From NCBI GenBank assembly GCA_000004985.1, contig GG738845.1: a stretch of DNA of 64,000 nt; one strand, given 5' to 3'. The notes under the pieces are model-generated. The model ran no database searches. It saw only the letters and a program-made list of their open reading frames with translations, and was not told the origin of the DNA. This document shows positions 56,976-64,000 of the stretch, one piece after another. The position numbers and the translations under genes are program-made. This DNA is from Naegleria gruberi. Lineage: Eukaryota. The number at the start of each line of letters is the position of its first letter. The stretch's first letter is position 1.

Positions 56976-57324
56976 AATTAATTCTCTCTGCAGACAATTA
57001 TTTAAATTCTTATCAGAAAAAAATTATTGAAAAATTAAAAAAAATTTAAACGTTTATTAATCGTATGAACCCGACGGGTTCGTCTTGATGATATTACGAA
57101 TATTAAATAATAAATTCTTTCTTGTTGGGATTGCTTTGTTCATTTCTTGTAACTCTGTGGACACAAATACTTGGCTTGAACACCCTATGCTGGAACCCCG
57201 GGTAGTATAGGGTACGGTGACTTAACCCGACGTAAGTATTGCGGCAACACACTGTGGTCTCAGGGTCAACAGTGTAGTTACTGGGTGGTACGACATTTTT
57301 TTTGAGACGGAAAAATTAAAAAAA

Positions 57325-58377
57325 ATGAAAACATCACAACTCTTTATTAAACCAAAATTAATTTTCGGAAAGAATTTTTCATCATGTCAACAACTTTTTA
57401 AAACAACAATATCACAACAATCCATTAGATGTTTTTCAACAAGAAATTTACAATTGGAACAACAAAATAAGCCTTCCATTGATAAAATTTTACAAAAGGA
57501 TTTTCCATCATCAAAGAAGGAGGCAACAATAGTAAATCAACCACCAAGAGAGACACTTTCATCGTTTTTTAAATCACCATTTCTCAAGAGGGATAATGAA
57601 CAAGAGGAATATCTTGGACCAATTCGTGAAATGATTTCTGTGAGTATGAAGGAAGTTCCTACAGGAGCACTTATTGCTACAGGTGTTGCTATTTTACCAG
57701 TTATGGTTGGTGCTGCATCCTTCTATTTTTCATCACTTCCTGCCTATGTTTTGTTTGGATATCAACTCAATTATTCTTCTACATTGTTAACATTGTTGGG
57801 TGCTTCACATTTGGGATTTTTGTTTGCTGATTATGTGCATCCAGCAAAATTCAAGTCTTACATCATGTCACAAAATACTAATTTTGATCCAACAACAGCA
57901 GCAAAACAAGAGGAAGTGGATATTAGCAAGGAATTGGAAAAGAGAAAAACAGCCCATACTGTTATGAGATTTGTTCTCTTCTCGTTTTGTCAATTGGTTG
58001 CCTTCTCTTGTTTGGCACTTCCAGTTGTTAAATCCTCATTATTATTGGCTGGTACATTTTCAATCTTGTCATATTATGATGCTGTAATGACAAGTCGTGG
58101 TTTGGCTCCAAACTGGTTCACTTCACTCAAGGTGCCAATCACCATCGTCCTTGTTGCCACAATTCTTTCATCATTATTCTTCTATCTGATTTATGGAGCT
58201 ATGGAACAATTTGATGAAGATACCGAAAAGGAATTACAAAAATTCGAAGATTCACGAAAGAAGGGAGGTTTGAGAGAAACTATCAACTTTGTTGAAGAAG
58301 CCAAAGCAAAGAAGGAACACCTTGTTCAACTCTCAGAACAAAAGCAAAAACTTTTGGAAGGAGTCAAGAAGGAATAA
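57325..58377 (+). CDS. membrane protein, possibly mitochondrial (hypothetical)
   Basis: 350 aa. The N-terminus is basic and hydroxylated, presequence-like (RCFSTRNLQ). It is followed by several hydrophobic segments and a charged C-terminal helix. Confidence 0.5.
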   Translation: MKTSQLFIKPKLIFGKNFSSCQQLFKTTISQQSIRCFSTRNLQLEQQNKPSIDKILQKDFPSSKKEATIVNQPPRETLSSFFKSPFLKRDNEQEEYLGPIREMISVSMKEVPTGALIATGVAILPVMVGAASFYFSSLPAYVLFGYQLNYSSTLLTLLGASHLGFLFADYVHPAKFKSYIMSQNTNFDPTTAAKQEEVDISKELEKRKTAHTVMRFVLFSFCQLVAFSCLALPVVKSSLLLAGTFSILSYYDAVMTSRGLAPNWFTSLKVPITIVLVATILSSLFFYLIYGAMEQFDEDTEKELQKFEDSRKKGGLRETINFVEEAKAKKEHLVQLSEQKQKLLEGVKKE

Positions 58378-58534
58378 AAGATTTTTGACTTTACTGATAC
58401 TTTACAATGAGCAGTCTGGCCGCTGATTGATATGTGCACTCCAGACTTTGATTAATTCACTATTTACATTGTGTCGCAACCTTGAAATCACGAGAGGCTG
58501 GTTTTACTAATAATGTGCACATACCGATCTGTTT

Positions 58535-59329
58535 TCACATGGTTGTATTCAAAGTATTCTGAAGTGCCATTGAAACTAAATCATTGTCTAGGGCAACCTT
58601 GACAAATTCGTCTCTTGAAATTGAGCCGTCCTTATCTGCATCCAATTTGGCAAAAAATTCATTTGAGAATTCTTCTACTGTCTTTCCACATTTTTGAAAT
58701 TCCTTTGGGAAACTTCTGTAAAGTTGAAAAATCATTCTCTCCACTTCATCCTTGGTAATTTTTCCAGTCTTTTACTTAGCTTAATATATTATTCAATTTC
58801 ATTAAAACCTACTCTATCTGTATCGTAAACTTCAAATGCACTTTACAATTTGATTTTCCATTATTGATATATATTCAATGATCAAATACTCACAATAAGA
58901 CCTTCTCCTCAGCTGTTGCTCTCGTATATAATGTCATGGTCACAACATATTCCGCTATAGATACTATTCCATCATTATCCATATCAAAAAGACTAAGGTT
59001 CAACATTAATAGTATTTTCGATTTGGCCATTGGTTGTTCAATATTACACTTGAAAGACACACAACTTACAAATATAAAGAATCTACCATAGGTGTGGTTG
59101 GATTTGCCAAATTAACAATCTTGGCCAACTGTTCTCTCGGAATTGAACCATAAGGAAAACGTTGTGCCAATGATTGAAATAATTTCCGCACTTCTTCCTT
59201 ATCCAAATTTAAGGCCTTACACACTCTGCTTATTTCCTGCATTGTTCGTTGATATGAGTGCAGGATTTTAATAATTAAGGTAAGCCACTACTCCACACAG
59301 AAAAAATCTGTTACGTACTGATGATTGTT
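58535..59329 (-). CDS. N-myristoylated EF-hand calcium-binding protein (calcineurin-B / CHP / NCS-like), 5 exons
   Basis: join(complement 59309..59329, 59070..59236, 58894..58992, 58813..58840, 58535..58768), 183 codons. Donors are GTACGT, GTAAGT, GTGAGT and GTAGGT. The product starts MGSQQSS... and contains EF loops DMDNDGIVSIAE, DTDRTGKITKDE and DADKDGSISRDE. Confidence 0.7.
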
Positions 59330-59581
59330 GTGAGCCCATTTTTTTCAAATTTACCTCCTAACCTGTTTTTGTGGCCGTTTTCTGTTAAGTTATCATGATT
59401 CTGTAAAGATTTTCTCAATCATTATTTCCTAACTTGTACTTGTATTAATTTGGAAAGTTTATTCAGTAAGTAATACTGAAAACAATCTCAATTCACTAAT
59501 AATTCACGAATAAAAAGGTTCATGATTTAAATGTCTAAACTCATTTCTCAATTCTTGTAAATTAGTAATTCTCTCTCTTAT

Positions 59582-60538
59582 TTATTTTTCTTGATTTTCA
59601 TTGACTTGTTCTGTTGTTGTTGTTGAAGTCAAATCCAAAGTTGGGGTAGCTCTTTCAGAGAATTTGTTAAAAGAGGATATCAGTGTTTCAATCTTAGGGT
59701 ACAAATTAGTTCCATTAGGACTCTTAATTTCTCTAAATAAAGTGGTAAATCTTTCTGGAGCAACTCGGTCATATATTGGCATTACCCAATCTCTCATCCA
59801 AGTACTATTTTCCAAAGGTGTGAATGGATCAAAACGACCAACATGTATTGAGTGTGCAACAGCAATAGAAGCACCAATAAAACCACTTCTAACAATCTTT
59901 TTGAAAGGAGAAGGTGTTCTATAGAGCATACCTGCTAACATACCAGCAAACAAGGCATTAATTGGTGGATTTTTCATTTCATCATAAACTTCAACACCTT
60001 CCTCTTCATTAGCAAGTTCTCCGTTTTCATTAAAATTAAAAGTAGAAAGATTTGAAATATTATCTTGTGCTTCCTTCTCTTCACGATTCTTCTTATCTTC
60101 ATCATTTTCTGGTACTTTACCCAAATAATTCATTCCGATATCAACAAAGTTATAAAAAAGCATGGCAGCAGCAACACTATTGGCAAGTTTTAAACTTCTT
60201 GCCAATGAATGGTTAAGAACGGCATTAAAACGAACTTTTAAAGAACCTCCTTGACCAAATCTAAGACCATGATAAGCTCCTTGTACTGCACCCAATCCCA
60301 AACATCCTATATATACTCTACCGACAAGATTCATAGACTTTTCCAAAATTCTATTGTTGTCTTGTTCATCAAGTTCTAAATATTCTGGAGGAGGAGTGTT
60401 TTGGTCAAAGTGATATTCTGCTGGAAGGGCTTGTTGTTGTGTTGTATAGGTACGTAAATTTCTCAGGAAATCAACACCACTTTTTGGCTGTTGTTGTTGA
60501 TGATGTTCTTGAGTGGATGATGAAGTATCGGAAGACAT
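59582..60538 (-). CDS. Tim17/Tim22/Tim23-family preprotein translocase-like membrane protein
   Basis: A GxxxG-rich TM pair (GCLGLGAVQGAYHGLRFG ... AAAMLFYNF) and a second TM pair (ALFAGMLAGMLY ... GFIGASIAVAHSI) are separated by an acidic loop. Start taken at the internal ATG (MSSDTSSS). Confidence 0.5.
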   Translation of the reverse strand: MSSDTSSSTQEHHQQQQPKSGVDFLRNLRTYTTQQQALPAEYHFDQNTPPPEYLELDEQDNNRILEKSMNLVGRVYIGCLGLGAVQGAYHGLRFGQGGSLKVRFNAVLNHSLARSLKLANSVAAAMLFYNFVDIGMNYLGKVPENDEDKKNREEKEAQDNISNLSTFNFNENGELANEEEGVEVYDEMKNPPINALFAGMLAGMLYRTPSPFKKIVRSGFIGASIAVAHSIHVGRFDPFTPLENSTWMRDWVMPIYDRVAPERFTTLFREIKSPNGTNLYPKIETLISSFNKFSERATPTLDLTSTTTTEQVNENQEK

Positions 60539-60728
60539 TTTTTTTATCGGAGACTCAATCAATTCTTGTTATTTTATTAAATATTAAAAATAATTTTGAT
60601 TGGGTAAAGAGAAGAAATGTGAAAAAATTTAACAATTCAAACTGTGCAGCAAGTAATAATGCAAATAATAACTTTTTTAACAAAGAATCGAAAAGAAATA
60701 ATATGTTTAATCCAATGCAAAAACAAAC

Positions 60729-60801
60729 CGCCCACCGTGGGGGTCGAACCCACGACCACAAGGTTAAGAGCCTTGCGCTCTACCGACTGAGCTAGACGGG
60801 C
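60729..60801 (-). tRNA. tRNA-Lys (anticodon CUU)
   Basis: The reverse complement reads GCCCGTCTAGCTCAGTCGGTAGAGCGCAAGGCTCTTAACCTTGTGGTCGTGGGTTCGACCCCCACGGTGGGCG. This is a canonical cloverleaf with D-loop AGTCGGTAGA, anticodon loop CTCTTAA and T-loop GGTTCGA, and it is near-identical to eukaryotic cytosolic tRNA-Lys(CUU). Confidence 0.9.
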
Positions 60802-60958
60802 TACGGATTATTCATTCTAATGTTTCTACAAGTACATAAAATTTAGAAATGAAGAATAGCAAGATTCCAATTCACTAAAACAATTAATTAGATATCTTTC
60901 GTGTCATAATTTACCAAGCCAATGTGAATAATTTATTTCACCAACAAAATATTAAAAA

Positions 60959-61387
60959 ATGAAGAAACAATCAAACACCAATGTAAATACATCGACATCA
61001 TCAATAAATGCTCCATCCTCAAATAATCAATCAACAACATCATCGACCAGTGGTGGTAATAATCCAAGAAAACCTAGAGAAAATATTTTAGACTTGAATC
61101 AATATATTTCTAAACAAGTTTTGGTTAAATTTATCGGAGGTAGAGAAGTTTATGGTACACTGAGAGGATTTGATAATATGATTAATTTGGTTTTGGAAGA
61201 TTGCTATGAATTTATTAGAGATTTACAAGATCATCACAATAGACAAACCGATGAAAATAACAAACAATATGTAAGAAAGCTAGGAATTGTAATTTGTAGA
61301 GGTACCTCACTGATGCATTTGTGTCCTGTCGATGGTACAGAAGAAATTGAAAACCCTTTTGAAGATAATGAAGATGGTAATGAATAA
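60959..61387 (+). CDS. LSM7: Sm-like protein LSm7 with Ser/Asn-rich N-terminal extension
   Basis: ENILDLNQYISKQVLVKFIGGREVYGTLRGFDNMINLVLEDCYEF ... RKLGIVICRGTSLMHLCPVDGTEEIENPF aligns along its length with LSm7 (ILDLSKYIDKTIRVKFQGGREASGILKGFDPLLNLVLD ... LGLVVCRGTSVVLICPQDGMEAIPNPF). Confidence 0.85.
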   Translation: MKKQSNTNVNTSTSSINAPSSNNQSTTSSTSGGNNPRKPRENILDLNQYISKQVLVKFIGGREVYGTLRGFDNMINLVLEDCYEFIRDLQDHHNRQTDENNKQYVRKLGIVICRGTSLMHLCPVDGTEEIENPFEDNEDGNE

Positions 61388-61582
61388 AATAATATTTTAA
61401 TTTATTATTGCTTTAATTATTATTATTAAAATTAATTGTTGATATTAAAGAATAATGATTAATTTTAAATACAACAATTGCACAAAATAATAAACAATTT
61501 ACTACTAAACAAAGCCTTCACTTCTAAAATTCGCCTATTTTATCCAATTAATCGGACCATTCAATCTATTAACTTTAAAAAA

Positions 61583-62716
61583 ATGTTTAAAAATCAACTC
61601 CTCGTTCAACAATTCATCAAATACTCACAACGTAATCCAACAGTTGTTAGAAACGTTTTGCAATCTAGTATTCTCAGAGCATCATCACATAACAATGTTG
61701 TTTCATCATCAACTAAACAGTATCATACTAATCAAGTAAATAGAGTCTCCGATCGTGAAACTAATTGGGAAAAACAACATCGTGAAAGAATGGCTGCTCA
61801 AGAAAAGTTGTGGAAGGATGCTCCTGAAAAGGTTGTCAGATACTTTGTAGAATTTCAATTTATCAAGAATATGAATAGAAGTAAATTCCTTTTACTTTTA
61901 GTCATTTTGTTTGTTGGATTCTATGGTTATGATAAATTCTCAGGAAGTCACTCAATTGGTTCTGGTATTTATCAAATGATTAACGGACCAAAGAAATCCA
62001 CTACAATGACTAGTGAAGAACTTGCTCAAATGAATGGTGGTAGTGAGGATGATTCTCAAAATACTATTGCTGACAAGCCAGATCCACACAAAGTATTGAT
62101 TGAACGTATTGATCCATCCCGTATGAGAACATTCACATATTTAGATATTGAACATCAAGATTCTCGTTTTGAAAATAATGTAATTAAGGGACGTATAATT
62201 ATTGGATTGTATGATAAGGTTGTTCCTGTTACAAGTTACAATTTTGCCATGATGTGTCAACAAAAATTATTACAAAATACTATTTTCCACAGAGTTATTA
62301 ACAAATTCATGTTACAAGGAGGTGACACTAAACAAGGAACAGGCATGTCAAGTGTCCCATTTATTGGAAACCATGAAGCTAAGGCAGATTTACAAAATCA
62401 AATTAATGAATTAGTTATTAGGGATGCTTTGGGAAATGTTGTTCAATTCAAGGATGAAAACTTTGAATTGACACACTCTGAACCATACTTGTTATGTATG
62501 GCCAACAGAGGTCCAAACACAAATGGTTCTCAATTCTTTATTACAACTGTTAATACTCCTCATTTGGATGGTAAACATGTAGTCTTTGGTAAAGTTTTAC
62601 AAGGTATGGAAATTGTTGACCAATTACAAAAAGTCAGAACTTCCACACGTGACAAACCATTAGATTCAATTAAAATTACAGACTGTGGTATTATTCCAGT
62701 TGATGATTTGATTTAA
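61583..62716 (+). CDS. cyclophilin-type peptidyl-prolyl cis-trans isomerase with N-terminal presequence-like region and TM anchor
   Basis: C-terminal cyclophilin core motifs HRVINKFMLQGGD and MANRGPNTNGSQFFITTV ... GKHVVFGKVLQGMEIV. Upstream hydrophobic segment FLLLLVILFVGFYGY. Start taken at the internal ATG (MFKNQLLVQQ). Confidence 0.8.
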   Translation: MFKNQLLVQQFIKYSQRNPTVVRNVLQSSILRASSHNNVVSSSTKQYHTNQVNRVSDRETNWEKQHRERMAAQEKLWKDAPEKVVRYFVEFQFIKNMNRSKFLLLLVILFVGFYGYDKFSGSHSIGSGIYQMINGPKKSTTMTSEELAQMNGGSEDDSQNTIADKPDPHKVLIERIDPSRMRTFTYLDIEHQDSRFENNVIKGRIIIGLYDKVVPVTSYNFAMMCQQKLLQNTIFHRVINKFMLQGGDTKQGTGMSSVPFIGNHEAKADLQNQINELVIRDALGNVVQFKDENFELTHSEPYLLCMANRGPNTNGSQFFITTVNTPHLDGKHVVFGKVLQGMEIVDQLQKVRTSTRDKPLDSIKITDCGIIPVDDLI

Positions 62717-62790
62717 TAAATTTGTTAATTTAAGGATAAAGATGAATCGTTTCTGATGATTTCTTTTTTTAATAATTCGAAATTAAAAAA

Positions 62791-64000
62791 ATGTCCAAAG
62801 ATGAGTCAATCATGATGGAAGAAGAAATGTACTCACCTTCCATGACAATTCAACAAGATGAAGAAGATCACTGTACGTACACATTCTCTCCTATTGTTTT
62901 GATCAATTTTGAATGATGATGACAACAGTTAAACAATCAAAGACCAATCCAATAATCAAATCATCATCCCGAATTCAAAATATCCTCCTCTATATATTAT
63001 TAATAGTCTTTATATTATCCTCTTTGATAGGCTTGGTGTTGGCTTTTATTGATTTTTCATTCCCTGATCGGACCAACACTTCCAATCGATTCATTACAAG
63101 TAATAATCAAATAGTTATTGATTTACCTGTGGAAGCATTCATGATGGTCCTATCAATTGGATGTATTTGTATTGCCTTTATGATATTCATGTGGATTGGA
63201 TTGAAAAGGAGAGCCATTAATAATGATCAACAAGAAGGAAAGGAAGAATTGAAACAATTGAAAGATAAATTGGAGGTTGATGCAATGGTTTTGACATTTA
63301 CTAGACAATTTTTCAAGAGGGAAATCAAGTATTTAATTCCATTCATTATCATTGTTGGTTCATTGTTAATTGGATTCGATCAGACGAATTTATTTGTTAC
63401 GAATTCCATTTGTTTTATTTTGGGATGTTTTGCAGTCATTTTGGCAACCTATGTTAATGGTTTAATTTCGAATAGCAATTCAAGTATATATAGTGGAGGG
63501 GAGATAATTGGCTTATCTATTAGGTTTGGAAGTGTGATTGGATTTTTAACACTTGGTATTTCATTGATCATGTTAATTGCTTGCTTTTTACTCTTTTCAA
63601 ATTTTAATGCTGTACTGTCCTTTGTGTTGGGATGTAGTTCCATTTCATTGATTAGTCAATTGAGTGGATCTGTTTTTCAAAAGTCAGCTGATGTAACCAT
63701 GAATTTATTGGGGCAATATATTAATAGTAGTACGACAGGTCAAGAAGAAAATTTAACATCTGACCATAAGAGAAATCCAATTGTTATTGCCAAAATTGTG
63801 GGAGAACATATTGGTGGAATAGTAGCTCACTCTACTGATGTTATTCACTCGTTTGTAGCAATTGTTGTTCTCTCCTCAATTATTGGAAGTCAATACTTTG
63901 GAACGAATGGAGTTTCTCTGCCTCTCTACTTGGTTATTATAAACATTTTGACTTCTATTATTGGAATAGTTGTGGCTGCACTTTCTAATATAATATATCC
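62791..64000 (+). CDS. H+-translocating pyrophosphatase (V-PPase) family membrane protein, divergent and probably catalytically degenerate; 3' end outside window
   Basis: join(62791..62872,62929..>64000), with a 56-nt GTACGT..AACAG intron. The polytopic product aligns to the V-PPase core: ILATYVNGL against [41 protein letters not shown] against [63 protein letters not shown] against [31 protein letters not shown]. The conserved Asp/Lys residues of DVGADLVGK and DNVGDNVGD are substituted. Confidence 0.6.

Noticed and set aside
57190-57260. U1-snRNA-like 5' end (AATACTTACGTC) and AUUUGUG Sm-like site on the minus strand of the GC-rich element
   Set aside because: Beyond the short 5' match, none of the conserved U1 stem-loops or the U1-70K/U1A loops could be recognised. 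Kept only as an unclassified ncRNA candidate.
1-64000. Possibility of a ciliate-type genetic code (TAA/TAG as Gln), suggested by AT-richness and TAA-dense DNA
   Set aside because: Long ORFs read correctly in the standard code and terminate at TAA with AATAAA adjacent. Conserved proteins such as Rab5, LSm7 and the tRNA-flanking genes end where expected. The standard code fits.
1-64000. Prokaryote-style features: CRISPR arrays, defence operons, IS elements, rRNA
   Set aside because: No direct-repeat/spacer arrays, no Shine-Dalgarno-linked operons, and no transposase-like ORFs or inverted terminal repeats were seen. The locus is eukaryotic, with spliceosomal introns and AATAAA signals.

Overview
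The window is AT-rich (about 30% GC) eukaryotic nuclear DNA with very dense gene packing, not a prokaryotic locus. Long ORFs read correctly in the standard code and mostly end in TAA, so a ciliate code is excluded. I count about 30 protein-coding genes on both strands. Many are interrupted by micro-introns of 40-140 nt with GT...AG borders (GTAAGT, GTATGT, GTACGT, GTAGGT, GTGAGT). Stop codons are often embedded in an AATAAA hexamer. Intergenic spacers are frequently only 13-80 bp. The ORF track uses non-ATG starts (TTG, GTG), so its N-termini are unreliable; I re-derived starts and splice junctions by hand, and those coordinates should be treated as within about 2 nt.

Recognisable genes include:
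- the C-terminal 2550 aa of a BEACH-domain protein
- a dual-specificity phosphatase
- a 7-exon N-myristoylated armadillo-repeat protein
- an RRM/UHM-like splicing-factor-like protein
- CDC27/APC3 with one intron
- a 4-exon WD40 protein with an acidic N-terminus and an EF-hand-like C-terminus (CFAP251/WDR66-like architecture)
- a 3-exon Rab5
- a sigma-2/TMEM97-like EXPERA protein
- an alpha/beta hydrolase
- a degenerate RNase-III-domain protein (mL44-like)
- UTP21 and UTP6 of the SSU processome
- a 5-exon N-myristoylated EF-hand protein
- a Tim17/22/23-family protein
- tRNA-Lys(CUU)
- LSm7
- a cyclophilin with an N-terminal extension
- at the 3' edge, a divergent H+-pyrophosphatase-family membrane protein whose conserved PPi/Mg-binding aspartate motifs are replaced.

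Other observations worth follow-up:
- three copies of the 12-bp palindrome TTTGGCGCCAAA (the classical E2F-type site) lie 30-90 bp upstream of start codons
- a 2.8 kb gene-free AT-rich island carries a duplicated 18-nt motif, a G-run and (AT)n
- a 240 bp GC-rich element ends in a T8 run.

I saw no CRISPR array, rRNA or obvious transposon. The lineage cannot be fixed from the window. E2F-type sites plus a V-PPase-family gene argue against a fungus or animal, and a ciliary-type WD40/EF-hand gene hints at a flagellated protist, but this is inference.
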